A DNA stretch of 63,645 nt, the filler included, from Atractiella rhizophila (lineage: Eukaryota), in NCBI GenBank assembly GCA_021432655.1. It is 3 parts of 3 records of this genome, joined end to end, with 100 filler letters (N's around TTAATTAATTAA, not from the genome) between each part and the next. Parts side by side here need not be neighbours in the genome. Positions count along the whole stretch, not along the records: positions 1 to 30,171 come from MU271344.1; positions 30,272 to 46,545 come from MU271345.1; 1 more part is not named here. The stretch is one strand, 5' to 3'. A model generated the notes under the pieces. The model saw nothing but the letters and a program-made list of their open reading frames with translations. It searched no databases and was not told where the DNA came from. This document shows, piece by piece, positions 25,733-37,417 of this stretch. A program made the translations under genes and the position numbers. Every line of letters starts with the position of its first letter. The stretch's first letter is position 1.

Positions 25733-27483
25733 TTATCTCTTCCTTCCTTGTCTCGTTCCCCTTCCTCTCCTTCCTCCCGGACCTCCCAAATGGCCGTCCC
25801 TCTCCTCCGAGCTCCTCTCCCTTCCTGTCCTGCCCTTATCTCTGCAATCTGGACAGAACCATTCTCCAGTAGGTGGATGGTCTAGGTTCACGCAAGTGAG
25901 GTGAAACCATTCGAATGGACAGTCGGGATAGTCGCAGGCGATCATCTGTAGTCAAGAGTAAACAGCAGGCTCCCATACGTAAGCGAAAGCAGGGGAAAGC
26001 TTACATCTCCAAATGAAGGGCGTTGGCACGAGCAATACAAGGTGCCATCATCCGCCTCTTCCGCCGCCTCTTCTTCGTCCACATCCTCGTCATCATCTTC
26101 GCCCAGAACTCCATTTCCACTACCCCTTCCTCTCAGCGCTCTATCCTCCGCTAAACTGCCCATTGTCCTCCCGACATTCCTATCGCTCCTCCTATTCCTG
26201 CCTCCGCCCCCAACTGCTCCTCCTCGGGTTCCACTGGCTGACGCCGCTCGCTTTGGTACCCCGCCAAGCATGGCGTTTCCAGATATTGGATACATGTTTT
26301 GTACGGTAGGAAGGGAGGCGCTGGTAGTGAGATGAACAGGAGTGGTTGTGCCGCTTATGGTGCCCTGAGTCGTACGTGGGGGCCTTCCTGGTTTCCTCGG
26401 CACCTGAGAAGCTGTCTGAGGTTGCGGCTGTTGCATATTCTGCGGTATTCCTGGAGTTGGAGGCTGAGATGGTACCTGTGTATGGGTGATAGGAACTTGG
26501 GGAAGTGACTGATGTACGCTTTGTGTTTGAGCCAGCATCATGGGGTGAGCCGCGATTTGAGGAGCGAGAATGGGATTGATCATCATGGGATGTCCATGCC
26601 CATGGGCGGGATGTCCAGGTTGGAGGTTATGCATGCTCGGAATGGGTTGAAGGATTGTCTCGGACGGGTTTCCAAAGGGAACTGGATATTGGGTGTGTGG
26701 GGGAAGTTGGGGGATGGTGATCGGATGTGCAGGTTGAGGGACAGGCGTGGAGGTATTGGGTGTTTGTACAGGAGGTTGGATAGGAGTCGAGGCAGGAAGA
26801 GGAGAAGGGAGTGGTGCGGTTGCTGAGGCTTCTACCGCATAATAAGCATACAGTGACAGGAAGGAGTAGGAAGAGCGAGAGGATGACGCACTCTTGTTTA
26901 CTGATTGACGGTTCGTAAGCTCTGGTTGCCAGTCCATTGCGTTGGTACCTGCAGTTGTTGGCGCAGCCGGAGCATTGTTGAGTCCGAGTGCAGAAGGGAT
27001 AGGCTTCAAGCTTGAAGAAGGTGGGAGGAATACGACGTCTTGCATGTCGTCCATCGCACCAGGGATCTTAGAAAGTTCTTTGTGTAGCCTCATCAAGTGT
27101 CGATTCAACTATCTCAGGTTTATGAGTTGGCACCTCTCCAAAGAGGGAGAGAAAGGAGATGAGGATATGCTCACCAAATCCACTCCTCGTTTAGCGAGCA
27201 TGATCTTTTCATCCTGCAGCTTCTCGCAAAGCTTATAGCTATCTTGCATCCTCTGGGTGAGGATCGCCTCCTTATTTTCTGGCATGGGCTGCAACAATCC
27301 AAGAGTCTGAAAGTGCTTTCCCATCGCTCCGTCCTTCTGTGCGATTTTCGTCTTCTGCTTCGCTATCTCTCCTTCTTTGTACTTGATCTCTTCGAGGATG
27401 AATCGTACTTCTGAAGGCAAATTGTCGAGAGAAGAAACGAAGTCGTGGAGCAAGACTGCCGCGTCTTCCGCTGTGGATCCCAT
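25733..27483 (-). CDS. ING-family PHD-finger chromatin protein (YNG2-like)
   Basis: N-terminal ING domain ([17 protein letters not shown]); [39 protein letters not shown]. Confidence 0.9.
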
Positions 27484-27657
27484 TCTCGGATCACTGGCAG
27501 TTGGCGTTCTTTCTTGCTTGAAGTGCGTGGGTCTGGGAGTCCTTGCTGGGAGGGATGCGGGAGGCTGACCTAATGGGATGGGCGAGTAGGAGGGGTACCG
27601 TTGACTATGGACCTGGCTGGCTGACTTCGACGTCTCAATGGTCGTTCAATCGAAGAT

Positions 27658-28163
27658 NNNNNNNNNNNNNNNNNNNNNNNNNNNNNNNNNNNNNNNNNNN
27701 NNNNNNNNNNNNNNNNNNNNNNNNNNNNNNNNNNNNNNNNNNNNNNNNNNNNNNNNNNNNNNNNNNNNNNNNNNNNNNNNNNNNNNNNNNNNNNNNNNNN
27801 NNNNNNNNNNNNNNNNNNNNNNNNNNNNNNNNNNNNNNNNNNNNNNNNNNNNNNNNNNNNNNNNNNNNNNNNNNNNNNNNNNNNNNNNNNNNNNNNNNNN
27901 NNNNNNNNNNNNNNNNNNNNNNNNNNNNNNNNNNNNNNNNNNNNNNNNNNNNNNNNNNNNNNNNNNNNNNNNNNNNNNNNNNNNNNNNNNNNNNNNNNNN
28001 NNNNNNNNNNNNNNNNNNNNNNNNNNNNNNNNNNNNNNNNNNNNNNNNNNNNNNNNNNNNNNNNNNNNNNNNNNNNNNNNNNNNNNNNNNNNNNNNNNNN
28101 NNNNNNNNNNNNNNNNNNNNNNNNNNNNNNNNNNNNNNNNNNNNNNNNNNNNNNNNNNNNNNN
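27658..28163. other. Assembly gap (others at 43363-44053, 50492-50591, 52480-53381)
   Basis: N runs. Confidence 1.
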
Positions 28164-29874
28164 AGGAGACGCAGTGTGGAGGTTTGGAGCAGCGTTGGAG
28201 GTTTTGAGAAGTACACGAGAGACGGCTCGAGTTTCTTTGTCTTTCGATTATACCTAGCATCCCATTGTCAGCATTAGGTTATTTCGTGATAGAGGGGGAG
28301 GAACAAACCTAGGCACACGATGCCGTGGGCATTCTACAATCCCGAAAATCTGCGGACAGCTATAGACGAAGTTGAACGCCTGAGGGATGAAGAAGAGGAT
28401 GACCGTCTTGCTGAAATGGCCCAAGATACCGACGACGGAGAAAGCCATTCCGACGAAATAACAGAAGCTGTCACCTATAAACACCTTACTCGGGTAGGCG
28501 TTGAACTTGAGGAGGGCCAAACAGAGTGCGGCTAGCGGCAGGCTGAAATAGAGCGAGAACAGGTGCCGCGAGACTTGTTGGGGTGAGCTCGCTGGAGATG
28601 AGGGGGAGAGGAAGAGTAATGAGTTGAGGGATAGCGAGACGGAAATGATTAGGGCTTGCGAGACCTTGCGTTAGTCAGAGCTTGCGCTGGAATTGGAACA
28701 GAAATACATACCTCTACCCCATTGATGCCTGCGAGAATGTTGATGGAATTTGTGCAGAAGGTCGACAGCATCGACATGTATAGATAATAAATTGGGCCTG
28801 TCAATCATCCATTCAGCAATCAAGATTCAAGGAAACCGTAGCTCGATCCGATGCGAAAGGTTCAGTTATGTTTTATGCAGCCAAATATAATCATCGTGAA
28901 AACTAAGAGCTTGACTCTAGAATTTCTTTGGCTAAATTATCATCATGTTCGCAGCCTGACTTTGAATGAGTCCAATGAATTGAATAAAAATCTCACCAAG
29001 CTTTAATAGCCCTCCAGTCTTCTCGACCCCTAAGAAGTTTCTAAGTCCCAAAACCTTAGGTAAAACGACATCTGTAATGCCTCCCTCTGCGGCATAAGTG
29101 AGCAGAAGTGGAACACTGGCGATAACTATCCGTTGCATCCTATCTTAGCACGCAGTCCACCACTCAGCGAGGAAGCAGGAGCTCACTGGGAATGGGGACC
29201 TTATACCGCCATCGGATATCGAATACATCGTCCAGGAATCCAAGGAAGGTAGCAACTAAGAGAGACAGGAGAGTGGCGAGATAGACGGCGAGGGAGTGAT
29301 GAGGAAATTGAAGGTCCGAGGGACCTGATGATGGGGAGGGAGAGAGGGGATAGAAGTGTGAGAGGAAGGGAAGTGGAGCGAATAGAGCGAGAATGAGGAT
29401 GTAAAGAGAGGCGGCGGTCGTTCCTTGCGATTCTGGACTGAGACAACATAGATTAATTCCTGGACTAGGTAGGTGGTGAAGAAAGACAGAGATTAAACGA
29501 GCAAAGTGGGAACAGCACATGTCAGACTGTAATCTGTCTGCACAAACCCGCCTGGCAAGATAATCTATCGACTATCTGTATGGTACAAATGCTTTATACG
29601 TTCGTGAAGGAGGCACAGCTCTACGTCCTTTGAGAGCAAGCAGGAAATCACGTATCCTCATGAGCTATTGCCCGGCAGGCACTACCCTTTCTCTTCGCTT
29701 CGATCAGTGGTACACGTACATTTGCTCCGTGCTTTCCTTCAGCAGGTCCCTCCCACTTAGCCCCTTTTTCCTAAATTCCGGGGCAACCCTTGGAATGACG
29801 AGGACGATGGAAACGTAAGTGACAGCAGACACGATGCCTGCCGTCCCGAGTGTGAGCGTTGTCTCGTCCAGCAT
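28164..29874 (-). CDS. ALG7: UDP-GlcNAc:dolichol-phosphate GlcNAc-1-P transferase (3' end in gap)
   Basis: [65 protein letters not shown]. Confidence 0.95.
28853..28952 (-). ncRNA. Box C/D snoRNA, snR66-like, in ALG7 intron 28996-28798
   Basis: Box C AUGAUGA (28946-28940), box D CUGA (28865-28862), C' AUGAUU, D' variant CUUA, terminal stem GCGAA/UUCGC; guide CUAGAGUCAAGCU(C) complementary to conserved LSU rRNA GAGCUUGACUCUAG. Confidence 0.85.
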
Positions 29875-30072
29875 GCTGGAAGGATAATGCTTTTTAAACC
29901 GGTCTACGTGTATCTTAAGAGCTTTCTTTCTAGAGAGAAGTTGGCGAATGAATCGAGGAGCTCCTGCGGTTGCTTCTTATCGAAGTCGACCCTCTGCGGC
30001 GTTGGTGCTCACAAAAAAAAAGTGCCACGTGTCTCATGAATAATGGAAATCACATGAAAAGGTAACGCAAAA

Positions 30073-30158
30073 TGCCCCAAGGGTGAGTCGAACACCCGGT
30101 CTCCGCTTTGCTCGAATGTGGTACAAGAGCGGCGCCTTAACCACTGGGCCATTGGGGC
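30073..30158 (-). tRNA. tRNA-Thr(UGU) with a 13-nt intron
   Basis: Acceptor stem GCCCCAA/TTGGGGC, D-loop AGTGGTTAAG, anticodon arm CCGCT-CTTGTA^A-AGCGG, T arm GGGTG-TTCGACT-CACCC. Confidence 0.93.
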
Positions 30159-30171
30159 TACTTGAAGGCAA

Positions 30172-30271
30172 NNNNNNNNNNNNNNNNNNNNNNNNNNNNN
30201 NNNNNNNNNNNNNNNTTAATTAATTAANNNNNNNNNNNNNNNNNNNNNNNNNNNNNNNNNNNNNNNNNNNN
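30172..30271. other. Gap of unknown size with artificial linker TTAATTAATTAA (30216-30227)
   Basis: Six-frame stop linker centred in 100 positions; same structure at 46546-46645. Confidence 0.9.
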
Positions 30272-31224
30272 AAATCTTCTCCGAATCTACCTTCATATGT
30301 CAGCTCGTGGGGCAGAATAGAGATGTCACAAACGCCATCCGGTTAAAGCTTTCCATGGTAAAGCGGTAGAAACCGTCGCTGAGCATGTAATCGTTCTTAT
30401 TTGATGCTATATCGTCGAGGAACGTAACGAAATCCTCAGATGCGCGACGGATAGAGGATGAAATAACGCTCTTGAATCGTGAGACGGAAAAGATATGACT
30501 GTACGGGGCATAAGTGTAACGCAACAAAGAAAACCGGAGCTGTACCTGATGATTTTACGTTGATAGTACCTAAGATTGAAATGAGAACGAAGGAGTTGGA
30601 CAGTACTCATTGACTGACCAAGGGTTCCCATCCCTGAGAAGAACATGAGATTGATCAAAGAGCGTTGTGAATAGCGTACGCATTAAAAATACCGCTTGAA
30701 ACCATTAGGTTATGTCAGCGAGCAAAGAACGCATTGCAAATGGAGCATGCCTCACACTCCCCAAAAGTCGCTCGTCACGGAGGTGAAAATCCATCCTTTG
30801 GGGTAGTTGTCGAAGTTCGCTTGATAAAATTCTGAGTCTTTGATTGAGTTGAAATGAGAAGGCGAACCTTTCTGCACATACTCGATCCACTCTGGTTTCG
30901 AGATATCAATAACTCGGATGCCCGGTAGAGTTGCAGCTGTGCCGTAGCCACGTTTTCTCAGGTTAGCCAGGGAGTGTTCATGTTGGCGCTCCTTTCTCCT
31001 GATGTTACCGAAAAAGTGCCCTACAATGGGAAGCCCAGGTGGATGAACTAGATCTGGTCTATCAGACGTAAAAATGGCTCGGTTCGGACTGGAAGCCATT
31101 GTTTAGCATCCGATCTCTGTTGCGAAGTGAGAACTTGCTATTTTATGAGTAAAAACAAGAAGCTGAGGGATATGGCAAGCAGCAACAGCTCGTTACTGCT
31201 AAAGGACACGTCGCTGAGAGCCAT
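30272..31224 (-). CDS. Cytochrome P450 (CYP86/CYP704-like fatty-acid hydroxylase type), 5' part only
   Basis: Spliced TM anchor LLLLAISLSFLFLLIKY-PNRAI, PGLPIVG, NFDNYPKG, GVGIFNADGNPWYYQRK; cut by the gap. Confidence 0.85.
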
Positions 31225-31715
31225 GGAGCAGGACTCGGAGAGAAGTATTTCTAGATGATTCCTGCTTCCTGATGGATGGTGCTTTCAGATTTCTCTCTTG
31301 GTGATTTGCTCGCTGACACAACCAGCCCTCCTTTATTGGCCCAAGAGTGCGAAGGACCGAGCAACGTACATCGCCGCCAGAGCGGGGAAGTCGCAGAAAT
31401 CCGGTAAGCCCCAGCCAAGGTCTAATATTCAACGTTTATCGGCATAAATGACTCCGACCTCAGTTGGATTCCGTTTTAACTTGAATGCGTTCTCCGTCTA
31501 AAAAGCACTTTATGTGCCGTCCCTTATAAAGTGAAACGACCCTTTCCTTCCCATGGAACGATTGACCTCCGAGGAGGTGCTGACGAGAATGCGGCATGGG
31601 TCCCTACCACACAATGTACGATTCAATGAAGTTCAAATCAAAGTTTCATTCGTTAAAAGGTTATGGTACGGCAGAACGAAGTAATCCTGCGCGAAGGCAC
31701 AGGGAGTGTGGATAT

Positions 31716-34700
31716 TCACGACCCTGTCGCCGCGTTAGACTCTTTTTTCTTTGCCACAGACACTGTTGGCGCATTCATGTCATGTCAGTCAGCCACGGAA
31801 GTAATTGGGGAGGCTTGGCGTACCAAATCGAGAGAAATCATTTGTTGTGATCCAACCTTCTTCCGGCCACAAATTCATCAACTGCGAAGGAATTCAATTC
31901 CTGACGACGGACAGACACAAGCACTCACACGTCCATACAGAGCCTTGCGAGCAACCAGGTCACTCCAAGTCTCTCCCATCTTTTCCAATTCGCTGTCGTA
32001 CGTACGTCAATACTGGTTCAGTTAGTACTCACTCTAGAACTTACAACTTTTCACTGCGAAGTTCGGACATGTCATTTTCCAGTTTAACCATAGTAATAAG
32101 TTCCGCCTTCATCTCTTCCGACATCTTGAACTTTTTCTTGGGTTCGCTCGCTGCATAAGCGAAATGGATTGTTATTGCAAGCTTTTCAAACAAAACAGAG
32201 AACGTACCTTGATGCGAAACCCACTGTCCATTTACATCATAAGATCCAGGGACAACCTCTCCCGTTGGAAGCGAATGCATGACAACTTCCGCATTCGCGA
32301 TGGCTCGGGAATGTTCTCTCAACTGTTCTTCATATGCCGCTTTCTGCCTCGGGAAATCCTTCGCAACTAAATCTTTCAGACGGCGCTCCGATTCCTGCTG
32401 CAACTCCGTGTACTGCTTGATCCTACGATCAAAAATTTCTCGCTTGACCAATTTCTATGGTAGCATCCTCAGTGAGAATGGGATGACGATGCAGATGAGT
32501 GAGACTGACCTTCATGGTGAATTGATTGTAAGGGAAGATAGTAGTCAGGAGAAGAAAGAAGTCATCGTCATAGCGGTCAAGTTCTAAAGCCAGCCAAGAA
32601 AGCTCGATCAACGGTGGTTTAAGATCGGGTGGAAACTTGTTCTTCGGTACGAAACTCTCTGTAACCAACGTTATCTCAGCAAAAATGCACCAGAGCAAAG
32701 ACGCACCTTTAGCGACCATGGGCTTCAACTCTCCCTCCACAAATCGCTGGATTTTCTCTGGGAACGAAGCCTACGCGTAAATTCCTCAATCTCAACACCC
32801 CTTGAGATAGGCAATGAAAATGAAGCCCACAAGCAATGCAACCGGATCTTTCTTCTTCTTTTTCATCGAGATCGTGCTCGCGGCTGGTGAATCGTCGCCC
32901 ACAATGATCGGAGAGCCTGCCATGCCAAACGTCACATCTGATTTGGCTGGCGTCTGCTTGTGAACCATCGCGGGCTTTGTCGATGCTGCTGGCGGCTTAG
33001 TTTTAGGGATAGAAGATGTTGACATGTTGGGAGAGTTGAATGGAAACGTAGTGTCTCCTTCGTCGCGTATTGTAATGGGTGAGTACGATGAGCCTTCTGG
33101 CATGCTGTGTGCAACAGGCGGACTGTAGTCTACTTGTGCTGTTGCATGGAGGGGCGGTGGGGACGAAGGGCTGTAAGGTGGTCGGGCTTTGGTGTAGTCG
33201 AAGGAATCATCGCTGGCCGTGTGTTGATTGGGCTGAACTTGTGTTTGGAGTTTTGGAAGGGATTGACTCGAGAGGGAAGGCGTGGCAGATTTGAGCTTGG
33301 TCCTCTTTTTGGGCCCAACCTTCCCCATGCCGCCCATGATTCCCAACATCGATCCAGAATGGGTAGGTCCCAGCTTCGGCTTCTTGGGCCCTCGCGGTCT
33401 CCTCGTTTGGCTGTTCATCGGAAACATATGTTTGAGCCCAACCGAATAAGATCTGATGACGAAGAACTTACGCAGACCTTCCCTCAGCTAATGCCAACGT
33501 GCTCGAGGCGACGTAAAACCCGGATCGTGCTGGACGAACGTAGAATTTTGGGAGACTGAGACTGGCTTCGGAATCGTCCACGAATGGGTCATCCTTATCG
33601 TATCCTTCGTCCCGAGGAACGAGACGATTCACCCTCCGTCGTTTCTTCGGCGGTGGAGCTCCCTAAGGTACAGTATCAGGTATTAGCAAAACTCCCACAA
33701 TCACGCAGATATTCAGCTATATTATATTCGTGAATTTCGCAACAAGATAAAATGATTCATCTTTTCATAAAACAACGTATTCTAACACAAAACAAAAATG
33801 ACAATGTTGCTTTGTAAGTAGGTCCACAAGGATAATTACTGAGGCATGGATTGAGTTACAGAGAGACTACGCTGTACGCTCGGCCCATTATCGAGAAGGG
33901 TAAACTTTCGCACTATCTGCCAACAGACCCACCAGAATCTGAATCGAAAAACAGTCAACAAGAATAAAGGAGCCGTCAATGGTACCTGAGATAAGAGAGA
34001 CGAATCAAGACCGATAAGTAGCGCAGCTTCATGGTGGACTCTCGCAGGAATCACACGGCAGTTAAGCACGCAGAAAACTGCAGCTTCCTTTACATATGGC
34101 AATTTGTGCGGATTGCCATAGCGACTACTATGGATACCAGGACCAAAGATGCAATGATAAAATCATCCTGATCGCAGCACAGCTGCCTTAAAACTCCGAA
34201 CAAGAGTCAAGCCATGGAGTCACACAGGAGTCTTGAAGGAGAAAGATGAGGAGAGGAAGCTGAGCGGAACGTTGAGTCGTTTCGTAGGAAACAAATTGCA
34301 GTGCCGTAATCCGACATGCAGCACGCAGCATCCCTCAGTCCGGCCCCATCACTTTTCCAGTCATGAAATTGACGAGGGAAGAAAGGCGATTCTTCACTGC
34401 TGGAGCGAAGAGAAACAAAATAGAGAAATGTCGACAACCAACTGAAACTTGCGCTCACGAGATCCAAATAGATTGCTTTACAAATGATTGAATGGAGGGA
34501 CAGTTGAGATGGAGGAGTCAGGCCTTCTCTCTTTGAAAACATAACTGTTTCTTTGCGATCCATTTAGGAGTAAGCTAAAACAATCGTAACATGCAACAGG
34601 AAGGTGCTGCATACTCTGCAACTGGGCATTCAACGCAGTCGACAAAAGCGCATCACTGTTGTATGACACAAGTTGGTCCCACATTTTGTGCAAAGAAGGC

Positions 34701-35265
34701 AAGCAGAATGCGATATTCACGTTCAGTACAAACATCGTCCTAAAGTACGACGTGAGGGAATATCCCTGGCTTTTCGTGGGTACGTGAAGAGCGAGAGCGA
34801 TAATCCCAGGGTTATGAAGAGAGCACTCACCTCCACAGAAGACAAGACAGTCTTTTCCTTCTCCTTTTCCTTCTCGCTTCCACTTCCCTCTCCCTCACTC
34901 TCACTCCCACCAACCCTCCACTTCTCCCTCTCCCAACCCCCACCCCTCTCCAACTCCCTCACCCTAATCTCCACACACCCCTCTCCCCTGCTCTCCACCA
35001 ACGCCTTGAAATCCACAAACAAATCGAGGAGCGGGATGCCCTCCAGCCGCTCCCTGCGCTTGTTCATGCGCAGCGCATGCTCCGCCAGACGCTGTTGCGC
35101 GAACACGGCCTCGTCCACCGCGGGCAGAGGCGGGGGAGAGGGCGAGTCGTGGTGCGAGTGCGAGCGGGAAGAGGGAGACGGAGAGCGTGACGGAGGCTTG
35201 TCCACCTCCATGTCCATGGATTCGCCCATCGCTATTGGTTGCGCGGCGGAGACGTCTATGTCCAT
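31716..35265 (-). CDS. Ubinuclein/HPC2-like HIRA complex subunit
   Basis: HUN motif GYDKDDPFVDDSE; middle domain FPPDLKPPLIELSWLALE..IFPYNQFTMK; C-terminal ARKALYGR-LMNLWPEEGWITT; intron 1 = 34830-33663. Confidence 0.85.
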
Positions 35266-35486
35266 CCTGGCTGATCTTCTTGCCTGTTGTCCGTCACCTG
35301 GTTCTTGGATTGCTGTTGCTGTTGGTTGATTTGGGAATGTTTTGCCCGAATGTTAGTGCGCCTGAACTACAGTAAGGAAGGAGAACTACAACCTGAATCA
35401 GCTGACTGGATTTATTTTTTGTTTTCCTGAACGAGTCGTGCCATCCCACGAAATAAGTCCAGTGTAACATTGTTATAGTTATTGAA

Positions 35487-37235
35487 ATGGCCGAAAAAAC
35501 CGACGCAGAAAAGGCTCGCGAACAAAGTCTGTCCTTTCCATCCATTTGATCAGGACAACGACTGATCATTATCCGTCTGTGGACCAAAGTCGAGTTCTAC
35601 CTCTCTTCGTCCAACCTGCCCTTCGACAAACACCTCTATGCCCTCTCCGCCTCCTCCCCCGTCAACGGAATGGGGACCGGCTTCGTCTCTCTCGCCCACC
35701 TCTGCTCTTTCAAACGTATGAGTCCGTACGTGACCTCTCTCGGCCTAACGAAGATCCGAGAGGCGCTCTCCGCCTCCGAAAGCCTCGTGGTCGAAGACGT
35801 GGACGGAGAAGCGAAGGTGCGGAGGAAGGAGGCGCTGGTGAAGGTGGCGGACGTGAACGAGAGGAGCGTGTATGTGAAGGGCTTCCCGAGGAGCGGAGCG
35901 AAGGAGGGATCGACGGAGTTGAAGGAGGAGGATATGAAGTTGCTCACTGAGATCTCGGAGTGGACACAGGGCGTGGTGGAGGAGAAGGTGGGGAAGGAGG
36001 TCCAGGGAAAGGTGTTGGCGGTGAGGATGAGGAGGGAGGGAGAGGGAGATAAACGGGGACGGGGGAGGTTTAAGGTTCGTCTCTGTCTTCTCTTCTTCAG
36101 CATTTTATGAAAGTGGAGAAATGTCGTGTTGATTTGTCGTTCATGGTGGGTGCGAATAATTACAGGGATCCGTCTTTGTAGAATTCTCCAACGTCGAGCT
36201 CGCAGATGCATTCTCCAAACTGGACGCATCCACCCTCTCCTTCGTCCCCAAAAACACCTACACCGTCGTCGAATCCGAAGAGGCAGAACGGAAGGCCGCT
36301 CCTATGGTGGTACAAAAGAAGAAGGACTACATGCGCGAAAAGTGTATCGAAAAGGGTATCCAATTCGAAGAGATTCCCACAAACGTTAAACCCAGTCATG
36401 GAGTGTTCAACGCTTTTTGGGTGGAAGAGAATGGAGGAATCGAGGCGTACTTGGAGAAGGAGAAAGAGAGGTCGGAGAAAGGAAAAGGGAAGGGAAAAGG
36501 GAAGGATTCGAAGAAGAGGAAGGCGGAGGATGAGGAACCGGAAGAGGAAACGGAGGAGAAGGTAGAGTTTGAGATGACGTATGAAGGGAAGACCTGGGTT
36601 GTGCAACAAGGCGAGGGGGAGGAGGATATCATCGTGAAAGGATATAAAGATGGAGAGGAGCTGAAACCTACGGATGGCAAATTTTTGGGAAGGAAAGAGG
36701 CCTTGATGGGCTTGAGGATCATTTCTCCGCCTAAAGAGGAGGCGAGTGAAGCTACAAACGGTGAGGGAGGAGAGAAGAAGGAACAACCGAGAGCGAACTA
36801 CCATGGAGAGATCAAGGTTTGTCCCTCCTCCTCCACACCTTTTGCTTCTCCCGTGCTAACTGCGACTGCGCAATCAAACAGGACGCGGTAGCCCCTCATC
36901 ATCCCATCTACTTCATCTCCTTCCACCCCTCCACTCCCTCCTCCACAACCTTAACCGGCACCGCCTTATTCAAGGACGCATTCGCCACCCCAGCAGAGGC
37001 AACTGAGAAGCTATCCACGCACCTCTCCGTGCTCAACAATGGGAACAAGGTGGAGTGGTACGAGGTTACGGAGGAGCAGGCGGGCGAGTTTCACCACACG
37101 AATGGAATGCAGATGGCGACAAGGAAGCTGGAGAGCGCGAAGAGGGTCGCGGAGAAAGCGAAGAGGGCGGGGAGAGGGAGGGGAAGGGGAAGAGGTGGAA
37201 GAGGAAGGGGAGGGAAGAAACAGAGGACGAAGTAG
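35487..37235 (+). CDS. LHP1: La protein homolog (La motif + RRM)
   Basis: REQ-IEFYLSSSNLPFDKHL, LCSFKRM, RSVYVKGF, FKGSVFVEF, RGG tail. Confidence 0.88.
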
Positions 37236-37417
37236 ATCCAACCGATCCAAGTTGGTGGGAATGAATGGTGGAGAGTTAAAAAGGTCGTGAAGCGGCCGTG
37301 TAAATTATTCCAGCTTAAATTGGAAACAGATATCGATTATGCTTTTGTACTCCATTATGTTTGCTTCCTACATTACTTTTGAAACATTCAAGAAGTTGCG
37401 GTACAAAGAACTGATTA

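Noticed and set aside
30216..30227. TTAATTAATTAA islands in N runs (also 46590-46601)
   Set aside because: Artificial all-frame stop linker from scaffolding; adjacency across these gaps and the truncation of the P450 and FAD oxidase are not biological evidence
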